Below are positions 57,016 to 64,000 of a stretch of DNA of 64,000 nucleotides, piece after piece; within the stretch, counting starts at the first letter, position 1, and every line of letters begins with the position of its first letter. A program made the translations under genes and the position numbers. Source of the DNA: an uncultured Alphaproteobacteria bacterium. Its GTDB lineage: Bacteria > Pseudomonadota > Alphaproteobacteria > HIMB59 > GCA-002718135. Where the stretch lies: positions 2,043 through 66,042 of the forward strand of contig CACHBB010000002.1 of assembly GCA_902577945.1 (NCBI GenBank), in the 5' to 3' direction. The notes under the pieces are model-generated. The model was not told the DNA's origin. It saw only the letters and a program-made list of their open reading frames with translations, and searched no databases.

Positions 57016-57777
57016 ATGTTAGATTTATTAGATTCTGAAGAGAAATATAACAAATTTCATCTATTGTTAGAAAACTTTGAAGGTCCAATAGATTTACTTC
57101 TAGTATTAGCACGCACCCAGAAAGTTGACTTATCTGAAATTTCTATTGCAGAACTTGCAGATCAATATATTAAATTTATAAATCAATACCGCAATATACA
57201 TATTGAAATCGCTGCTGATTACCTTGTCATGGCTGCGTGGTTAACTTATCTTAAATCAAGACTTTTACTTCCAAAGGAAGATAAAACTGAAGAGCATTCA
57301 GCAGAAGATTTGGAGAAAGCACTTAGGTATCAATTGCAAAGACTCGAGTCATTTCAAAGAATTTCTAAAATTTTGTATTCACGTCCAATTATAAATAGAG
57401 ATATATTTTATGGTGGATCATCAGAGGGACTAAAAGTTAAATATAAAATTCATTATACAGCCAATTTATTTGATCTACTAAAATCATATAGTCAAATTTT
57501 GAAATCTAAAGAAGAAATTAAAAATTTAACTATTGAATACAGTGAATTATTTTCTGTAGATCAGGCTATTAAAAGAATGCGTGATATATTTGGTAATATT
57601 CACGAGTGGACAAATCTTCTTAATATTATTCCTAACTTATTAAAAAATAATAGAGTTATTAATAAATCTTTAATATCATCTAATTTTGTTGCATCATTAG
57701 AGTTATCAAAAAATGGATTTATCGAAGTAAAACAAGAAGAAAATTTTGGAAACATATATATTAAATTAAAAAATTAA
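57016..57777 (+). CDS. scpA: Segregation and condensation protein A
   Basis: 253 aa. LENFEGPIDLLLVLARTQKVDLSEISIAELADQY is the ScpA N-terminal signature. Confidence 0.9.
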   Translation: MLDLLDSEEKYNKFHLLLENFEGPIDLLLVLARTQKVDLSEISIAELADQYIKFINQYRNIHIEIAADYLVMAAWLTYLKSRLLLPKEDKTEEHSAEDLEKALRYQLQRLESFQRISKILYSRPIINRDIFYGGSSEGLKVKYKIHYTANLFDLLKSYSQILKSKEEIKNLTIEYSELFSVDQAIKRMRDIFGNIHEWTNLLNIIPNLLKNNRVINKSLISSNFVASLELSKNGFIEVKQEENFGNIYIKLKN

Positions 57778-58409
57778 TGGAAAATAAAGATATTAAAATA
57801 TTAGAAGCTATTCTTTTCGCCTCTGGCGAACCAGTAGAAGAAGATGATTTAAAAGATAAAATAAATGATAAAAAAAACTTATCAAACTACTTAACTATGA
57901 TTCAAGATTTTTATCAAAATAGGGGAATCAATTTGATAAAAACAGGACACAAATGGTCCTTTCGAACTTCAACTGATTTAATTGATGAATTAACTATTTT
58001 TAAAAATCAAAAAAGAAAATTATCAAGAGCAGCCCTTGAAACTCTATCTATCATAGCCTATCAGCAACCTATTACCAGATCTGAAATTGAAAATATACGA
58101 GGTGTTCAAATGGGTAGGGGGTCAATTGACCATCTTATGGAAATAGGCTGGATTAAACCTTCTGGAAGAAAAAATATTCCTGGAAAACCAACTTTATGGA
58201 CTACCACCGAAAAGTTTATCGAGCATTTTGGTTTAAAAGATTTAAGTGATCTGCCTAATAAAGATGAATTAAAGGCAAGTGGATTTTTAGATAAAAGAGC
58301 AGCTATAGCAACTATTAGTGATTTAGCAAAAAATGATGGAATTAATGAAGATGATGTAATCGATAACAACGAGAATGATAATCTTGATGATTTTATTCCA
58401 AATAATTAA
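57777..58409 (+). CDS. scpB: Segregation and condensation protein B
   Basis: 210 aa with LEAILFASGEPV and LETLSIIAYQQPITRSEIE.IRGV motifs. It overlaps scpA by 1 nt. Confidence 0.9.
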   Translation: MENKDIKILEAILFASGEPVEEDDLKDKINDKKNLSNYLTMIQDFYQNRGINLIKTGHKWSFRTSTDLIDELTIFKNQKRKLSRAALETLSIIAYQQPITRSEIENIRGVQMGRGSIDHLMEIGWIKPSGRKNIPGKPTLWTTTEKFIEHFGLKDLSDLPNKDELKASGFLDKRAAIATISDLAKNDGINEDDVIDNNENDNLDDFIPNN

Positions 58410-58553
58410 ATAAAGTTAAAATCTGATATATAACTCTATTTCCGATGTTTTTTATTACTATTTCAAACATAAAAAAATTATGTTTATCTCTAAATAATTA
58501 GTTTTTTCCTATTATTTCTTGTTTTTTTCTTTTAGTTTCCTTATAAGCAGTTC

Positions 58554-58739
58554 ATGACACCTAGTATCTGGCAACTTTTAATAGTTCTTGTTATTGTTCT
58601 ACTTTTATTTGGTAGAGGTAAAATTCCTCAATTAATGGGCGATATGGCAAAAGGCATTAAATCTTTTAAACGTGGAATGAATGATGAGGAAAAAAAAGAA
58701 GATAAAAATTTAGAGAATAAGAACGACGAAGAAAAATAA
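58554..58739 (+). CDS. tatA: Twin-arginine translocase subunit TatA/E
   Basis: 61 aa with an N-terminal TM helix followed by [17 protein letters not shown], the amphipathic-helix signature. Confidence 0.9.
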   Translation: MTPSIWQLLIVLVIVLLLFGRGKIPQLMGDMAKGIKSFKRGMNDEEKKEDKNLENKNDEEK

Positions 58740-58744
58740 GTCCA

Positions 58745-59068
58745 ATGTTTACTTTTGGTTGGGGTGAGATTTTTCTTATTGTTATAATTGTGGTTGTCGT
58801 TATTGGTCCAAAAGATCTTCCAAAATTTATAAAACAAATTGGGTTATTAACTAAAAATATAAAAAAAGTATCATCAGATTTTAAATCCTCTCTTAATGAA
58901 TTAGCAGATGAAGCAGAAATTAAAGAAATAGCTAATTCTGTTAAAGAGGTTAAGAAAATAAAAGATGGAATTAACATAAAAAAAAATTTTGAAAATGAAA
59001 TTAATACTGTGAAAGAAACGGTTAAAATTGCTGAAAATGAAATTTCAGATATTGATAAAAAAAATTAA
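58745..59068 (+). CDS. tatB: Twin-arginine translocase subunit TatB
   Basis: 107 aa. MFTFGWGEIFLIVIIVVVVIGPKDLP is TatB-like, and the gene lies between tatA and tatC. Confidence 0.85.
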   Translation: MFTFGWGEIFLIVIIVVVVIGPKDLPKFIKQIGLLTKNIKKVSSDFKSSLNELADEAEIKEIANSVKEVKKIKDGINIKKNFENEINTVKETVKIAENEISDIDKKN

Positions 59069-59073
59069 ATTAA

Positions 59074-59832
59074 ATGCCTGAAGAAAAATTTGAAGAAATG
59101 TCATTAATTGGACATCTAACTGAACTTAGAAAAAGATTGCTTTGGAGCTTTATTTATATTTTAATAATTTTCGTAATTTGCTTTTATTTTGCTGATGAGT
59201 TATTTTCATTTCTTGCATACCCACTTGTCAGTCTATTAGATACTGAAAATGGACAAGGTTTTATTTATACAGCACTACAAGAGGCTTTTTTTACAGAATT
59301 AAAAATTGCTTTTTTCTTTGCTTTATTTTTTGCCTTTCCTTTGATAGCTATACAAATTTGGAGGTTTATAGCTCCAGGATTATACAAAAACGAGAAAAGA
59401 GCTTTTCTTCCATACTTAATTGCTACACCATTACTTTTCTTTGCGGGAGGTTCAATGGTATATTATATAATTTCACCAATCGCATGGTCTTTTTTTCTTT
59501 CTTACCAAAATATGGGTTCATCTGGAGTACCAATAAGATTAGAAGCGAAAATGGGAGAATATCTATCTTTAATGATGAGATTTATTTTTGCATTCGGTTT
59601 AGCCTTTCAATTACCAGTAGTTTTATCCCTAATGGCGAGAGTTGGAATGGTAACACATGAATCATTAAAAAAATTTAGAAAGTATGCAATTGTTATAGCA
59701 TTTTTAGCAGCAGCGTTTTTAACACCACCTGATCCTTTTAGTCAAATCAGTTTAGCATTACCAATTATTATTTTATATGAAATCTCAATATATATTGCTA
59801 AATTAATTCAAAAAAAGAAAGATACTAAATAA
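59074..59832 (+). CDS. tatC: Twin-arginine translocase subunit TatC
   Basis: 252 aa, 6 TM, with the N-terminal signature MSLIGHLTELRKRLL and the motif FLTPPDPFSQ. Confidence 0.93.
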   Translation: MPEEKFEEMSLIGHLTELRKRLLWSFIYILIIFVICFYFADELFSFLAYPLVSLLDTENGQGFIYTALQEAFFTELKIAFFFALFFAFPLIAIQIWRFIAPGLYKNEKRAFLPYLIATPLLFFAGGSMVYYIISPIAWSFFLSYQNMGSSGVPIRLEAKMGEYLSLMMRFIFAFGLAFQLPVVLSLMARVGMVTHESLKKFRKYAIVIAFLAAAFLTPPDPFSQISLALPIIILYEISIYIAKLIQKKKDTK

Positions 59833-61091
59833 TGCACAATATTAATTATATCAGAGAAAATCCAACTGAATTTGATAATGCAATGAAATTGAGGGGTGAG
59901 AAATCAATATCTACTAAAATTTTAGAAATTGATAAAGTTAAAAGAGAAACTCAAACTGTACTTCAAAATATTTTGTCAGAGCGTAATAAACTCTCTAAAG
60001 AAATTGGAAATTTAAAAAGTAAAAATAAAGATGCTAATGAACAAATCAGCAAGGTTGAAGAGTTAAAAATAAAAATTAATTCTTTAAAAGAATTAGAAAA
60101 TATTAAAGAAAATGAATTAAATTCTATTTTAATTAGATTGCCAAATATACCACATAAATCTGTGCCAAATGGAAAAGATGAAAGTGATAATTTACTTTAT
60201 AGGGAATGGGGATCAAAACCAGAATTTAGTTTCAGCCCAAAGCTTCACTATGAAATAGGAGAAAATATTGGTCTTATTAATTTTGAATACGCAACAAAAT
60301 TATCAGGTTCTAGATTTGTGACATTAAAAAATCAAATATCAAAACTAGAAAGGTCAATTTCAAATTTTATGCTAGACAAACATACTGAAGAAAACGGTTA
60401 TGTTGAGTATAGTGTACCATTTTTGGTAAAAAAAGAATCATTATTTGGTACAGGACAGCTTCCTAAATTTGGAGAAGATTTGTTTACTGCGGGTGATGAT
60501 CATTGGTTAATACCTACAGCCGAAGTTCCACTTACTAACTTAGTAAGAAATGAAATTTTGAATATTAACCAACTTCCTATGAGATCAACATCTTATACAC
60601 CATGTTTTAGATCTGAAGCTGGAGCAGCTGGCAAAGATACTAGAGGCATGTTAAGACAACATCAGTTTACAAAAGTAGAATTAGTATCTGTAGTAGAGCC
60701 TCACCAATCTGACGATGAATTAGAGCGCATGCTTACATGTGCAGAAAGTATTCTTAAAGATTTAAATATTCATTATAGAGTAATGACACTATGTAATGGT
60801 GATATGGGTTTTTCAGCTAAGAAAACATATGATATTGAAGTTTGGTTACCTGGTGAGGGCAAGTATAGAGAAATATCAAGTTGCTCCAATTGCGGTGATT
60901 TTCAAGCAAGAAGAATGAATGCTAGATATAAAAATGAAGACAAAAATTTTTTTGTTCATACCCTAAATGGTTCGGGATTGGCAGTTGGTAGAACCCTGAT
61001 CGCAATTTTAGAAAATTACCAAATGGAAGATGGAAATGTAGAAATTCCAGAAGTATTAATAAAATATTTTAATAACAAAACACTATTATAG
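59832..61091 (+). CDS. serS: Seryl-tRNA synthetase
   Basis: 419 aa with an N-terminal coiled coil and class II motifs (FRSEAGAAGKDTRGMLRQHQF, GSGLAVGRT). Confidence 0.95.
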   Translation: MHNINYIRENPTEFDNAMKLRGEKSISTKILEIDKVKRETQTVLQNILSERNKLSKEIGNLKSKNKDANEQISKVEELKIKINSLKELENIKENELNSILIRLPNIPHKSVPNGKDESDNLLYREWGSKPEFSFSPKLHYEIGENIGLINFEYATKLSGSRFVTLKNQISKLERSISNFMLDKHTEENGYVEYSVPFLVKKESLFGTGQLPKFGEDLFTAGDDHWLIPTAEVPLTNLVRNEILNINQLPMRSTSYTPCFRSEAGAAGKDTRGMLRQHQFTKVELVSVVEPHQSDDELERMLTCAESILKDLNIHYRVMTLCNGDMGFSAKKTYDIEVWLPGEGKYREISSCSNCGDFQARRMNARYKNEDKNFFVHTLNGSGLAVGRTLIAILENYQMEDGNVEIPEVLIKYFNNKTLL

Positions 61092-61717
61092 TGCTTGATG
61101 TTAGAAAAATAAGATTAATTTTAGAATTAAGAGAGTCTGGTATTGTTAATTCTGAAGTTTTATCAGCATTAGAGATTATACCGAGAGAAAAGTTTATTCC
61201 TGAAAATTATAGAAATCAAGCTTATGAAAATATTGCATTACCTATTGGTGATGGTCAAACAATAAGTCAACCCTATGTAGTTGCAAAAATGACTGAGTTG
61301 TTAGAAGTTAATAACAATCATAAAGTTTTAGAAATTGGCACTGGTAGTGGTTATCAATGTGCAATTTTATCTAAACTTGCTAGAAGAATTTATACAATTG
61401 AAAGAATAAAAAATCTTCATGAAAAATCGTCTAAAATATTTGATGAACTTCAACTTACTAACATTGTATCTAAGTATGAAGATGGTAATAATGGATGGGT
61501 TGAGCAAATACCGTTTGATAGAATAATATTTACTGCTGCTACAGAAAGTATATCCAGTAGAATATTTTCTCATATTAAAGAGGATGGAATAATAGTTTGT
61601 CCAATAATAAAAGATAATAAACAAGTTATTATTAAGTATAAGAGAAAAAATAATAAATTAATTTTTGAAGAATTTGATGATGTTTTATTTGTACCTAATA
61701 TTAAAGGAACAAATTAA
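61091..61717 (+). CDS. pcm: Protein-L-isoaspartate O-methyltransferase
   Basis: 208 aa with TISQPYVVAKM and the canonical SAM motif VLEIGTGSGYQCAILS. The GTG start shares 1 nt with the serS stop. Confidence 0.88.
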   Translation: MLDVRKIRLILELRESGIVNSEVLSALEIIPREKFIPENYRNQAYENIALPIGDGQTISQPYVVAKMTELLEVNNNHKVLEIGTGSGYQCAILSKLARRIYTIERIKNLHEKSSKIFDELQLTNIVSKYEDGNNGWVEQIPFDRIIFTAATESISSRIFSHIKEDGIIVCPIIKDNKQVIIKYKRKNNKLIFEEFDDVLFVPNIKGTN

Positions 61718-63075
61718 TCTTTAATTAACTTTTTAATCTTATTCAAAGAGTAAGTATAATATAATATACCTATTATCCAATGTATACTAGTCAAACCTAT
61801 AAACATATAAATATAATCTTCTTTTATAAAATTATTGATTATACTTACAATGATTATTGGCGTTAATACGAATCTCAGAATGGCCATATACATTACTATT
61901 ATAGCCATCTTTAATCCTTGAAAAGTTGCATTAGGTATAAAGAAAAGTGGAAAAGCTGGAAAACCAAATGCCCAAATTTTTAAATATATAGAACCATAAA
62001 ATATAACTTCTTTATCATCAGTAAATAATTTCATTGATAATTCTGCTGAAAAAAATAAAAAAAATGCAACAATAGTTAAAATTATTACTCCTGTTTTGAT
62101 TGCTTTTTTATAAGTCTCTAATATTCTTTTTGTTTTACCTGCACCAAAATTTTGACCTACAATAGAAGTAACAGCTGTACTCAAACCTAATAAAGGTAAA
62201 AATAATAATTGTTCATATCTTCCAGCAGAGGCAAAACCAGCAATAGCATCATTACCGTAAAAACTTACAAAAAATAATAATATATAAGACCCTAATGCAA
62301 TCATCATAAGGCCTATAGAAGCAGGAACCCCTTGAATTGAAATTTCAGTAATATATTTAAATTTTGGAAGAAGATATTTATTATTAAATGAATTATAAAT
62401 TTCAGTTTTTGATATTTTATATAATAAATATAAAAAACCTATAAACTGAGATAAAATAGTTGCAATTGCAATACCTGTTATTCCTAATGGATTGAAAATT
62501 TTATATCCAAAAAATGTCCCCGATATCAAAATTGGATTTAAAGCTATATTTAAAAAAAAACTAAATATTAAAACGTTTCTATAGCTTCTTGTATCACCTA
62601 ATGCAGCTAAACATGAATTTGAGACCATTAACAATAAAATAATAACTGAACCTAAATAAATAATATTCATATAATCGCTTGATAATTTTAATGTTTCTTG
62701 ATTTTCGTTAATAGACTCTAAAATTGATGGGCCAAAAGTAATGCCAAAAATTGAAATTATAATACCGACAAATATAGCTATGCCTAATGATTGACAAAAA
62801 ATTTTACTTGCCTTACTGATTTTTTTTTCACCAATTGAATTTGCTACAATACTTGTGGTTGCGATACTCAAACCTATTCCTAAAGCTATTATAATGAAAT
62901 AAATTGGAAATGTTTGACCAATAGCAGCAAGAGCTATTTCAGAAATCATTCTTCCTGCAAATATTGCATCAACTAATGAATATAGATTTTGAAAAATTGT
63001 TCCTATTGATGAAGGTAGAGCTATTCGCCAAAAAAGCTTATAAATATCATCATCTATTAAATTAATATTTTTCAT
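61714..63075 (-). CDS. MATE-family multidrug/sodium efflux transporter
   Basis: 453 aa, 12 TM, with a MATE-like N-terminus (LFWRIALPSSIGTIFQNLYSLVDAIFAG). It overlaps the convergent pcm by 4 nt. Confidence 0.85.
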   Translation of the reverse strand: MKNINLIDDDIYKLFWRIALPSSIGTIFQNLYSLVDAIFAGRMISEIALAAIGQTFPIYFIIIALGIGLSIATTSIVANSIGEKKISKASKIFCQSLGIAIFVGIIISIFGITFGPSILESINENQETLKLSSDYMNIIYLGSVIILLLMVSNSCLAALGDTRSYRNVLIFSFFLNIALNPILISGTFFGYKIFNPLGITGIAIATILSQFIGFLYLLYKISKTEIYNSFNNKYLLPKFKYITEISIQGVPASIGLMMIALGSYILLFFVSFYGNDAIAGFASAGRYEQLLFLPLLGLSTAVTSIVGQNFGAGKTKRILETYKKAIKTGVIILTIVAFFLFFSAELSMKLFTDDKEVIFYGSIYLKIWAFGFPAFPLFFIPNATFQGLKMAIIVMYMAILRFVLTPIIIVSIINNFIKEDYIYMFIGLTSIHWIIGILYYTYSLNKIKKLIKD

Positions 63076-63080
63076 TTTTT

Positions 63081-63908
63081 TTATAAATATCTTACTTTAG
63101 GATTATATACATCATCATTTTGCTTTAAATAAAAATGCAATTCTTTTGATAAAGCTTTTAAATCTCTTAATATTATTTTTTCTTTGAAATTAATAATTAA
63201 AAGACCACTGCCTTTCATTCCCATTTCTTCTTTATTTGATTTTATAGGTAATTCTAAATTAATCATTTTACCTATTCCTTTTTTTCTCAAATTTTCTATA
63301 AATCTATCATTATCTTCGAAACTTAAAATTGGATACCAAATTAAAATTTTTGATTTTTCATATTTTTCTATATTATCTATAAAGTTATTAATTTTTATAT
63401 AGTCATCTTTAATTTCATATGATGGATCAATTAAAATAAAATACGATCTATCATTTCTTAATTTTTTCTCAATAAATTCAAATCCATCAGTATTAATATT
63501 TTTAATATTGGTAAATTTTTTTAAATTTTTTTTTAGACTATCAAATTCATTATTATGTAACTCACAGAAATATAACTTATCATTGTTATCAGATATATTT
63601 GAAATTATAGAAGGTGAACCAGGATAAAAATTATTCTTTTTCGATATAGTTTTAATTATACTTAAATAATTCTTTATTAATTTGTTGTCGCCAGTGTATT
63701 TTTCTATTTTCTTAATACCATATTTATATTCTTTATTTTTCTCCATATATTTTGAAATATACTTGTATAACCCATTGCCTGAATGAGTATCGATGTAACT
63801 AATTGATTTATTATGTTTTTTTACCAATATATATAGATATATTAGTACAATATGTTTTAATACATCTGCATGGTTCCCAGCATGAAATCCGTGTTTATAG
63901 CTTAGCAT
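63081..63908 (-). CDS. rlmJ: 23S rRNA (adenine2030-N6)-methyltransferase
   Basis: 275 aa. The N-terminus MLSYKHGFHAGNHADVLKH and the IDPSYE motif are characteristic of RlmJ (DUF519). Confidence 0.85.
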   Translation of the reverse strand: MLSYKHGFHAGNHADVLKHIVLIYLYILVKKHNKSISYIDTHSGNGLYKYISKYMEKNKEYKYGIKKIEKYTGDNKLIKNYLSIIKTISKKNNFYPGSPSIISNISDNNDKLYFCELHNNEFDSLKKNLKKFTNIKNINTDGFEFIEKKLRNDRSYFILIDPSYEIKDDYIKINNFIDNIEKYEKSKILIWYPILSFEDNDRFIENLRKKGIGKMINLELPIKSNKEEMGMKGSGLLIINFKEKIILRDLKALSKELHFYLKQNDDVYNPKVRYL

Positions 63909-64000
63909 AAATTTATAAAATATTGCTTGAAATTAATTACTTATTAGTTATTTAATGAAATTAATTAATCAATATTTATATTATATATACGATAAAATTA

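Noticed and set aside
58465-58485. Inverted repeat AAACATA-N7-TATGTTT in the scpB-tatA intergenic region, and an 18-codon ORF starting at 58446.
   Set aside because: The stem contains only a single G-C pair (6 of 7 pairs are A-T) and no following T-run, so it is not a credible terminator. The mini-ORF has no RBS. Both are plausible by chance in this composition.
3845-63402. About 35 short ORFs in the supplied track lie antisense to, or out of frame within, larger well-supported genes. Examples are 3845-4042, 6941-7171, 11345-11623, 20498-20818, 25692-25994, 33349-33687, 41752-42015, 48709-48987, 53838-54203, 58666-58977, 59358-59660 and 61367-61624.
   Set aside because: Each lies wholly or largely inside a longer ORF with clear family motifs. 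Their translations are low-complexity or stop-poor by chance, with no RBS or recognisable domains. I treat them as shadow ORFs.
1-64000. Search for CRISPR arrays, IS elements or transposases, prophage genes, toxin-antitoxin pairs, restriction-modification or other defence systems, and long direct or inverted repeats.
   Set aside because: None was found by reading the ORF translations and intergenic sequence. Every gap longer than 100 nt is AT-rich promoter-like sequence or is explained by the riboswitch, SOS box or tRNAs.

Overview
This is a 64-kb chromosomal window from a very AT-rich, extremely gene-dense alphaproteobacterial genome. Gene content includes proteorhodopsin, a yhdWXYZ/aapJQMP general amino-acid ABC system and riboswitch-controlled thiBP. 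Three synteny blocks are typical of Alphaproteobacteria: rplM-rpsI-argC, pcm-like-tolC-PopZ-like-valS, and argS-SPOR-scpAB-tatABC-serS-pcm. Together these point to SAR11/Pelagibacterales; this is inference from reading the sequence, and no database search was run. I support 67 CDS, 5 tRNAs (Glu-UUC, Pro-UGG, Arg-UCU, Asn-GUU, Cys-GCA, all with encoded CCA), one TPP riboswitch, one alphaproteobacterial LexA (SOS) box and three intrinsic terminators. I found no rRNA, CRISPR array, transposase, integrase or phage genes. By my hand tally of the coordinates, only about 2.1 kb (roughly 3 percent) is intergenic, and many neighbouring genes share 1-14 nt at their junctions. The most unusual locus is a translationally coupled six-gene operon (31338-36366). 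It joins iolC, iolB and a class II aldolase (the lower inositol branch) to mtnP and mtnA (the first two methylthioadenosine salvage steps) plus a His-rich unknown protein, with neither canonical pathway complete in the window. Other items worth follow-up:
- thiB-thiP under a TPP riboswitch but without thiQ.
- A second ABC importer without an ATPase, fused into an operon with a GATase and a MOSC protein.
- A 94-aa PopZ-like protein.
- SOS-box-controlled umuDC next to two tRNAs.
- A metC-tauE translational fusion.
- A Q105 (blue-tuned) proteorhodopsin.
- SBP-gene terminators that abut the next start codon.
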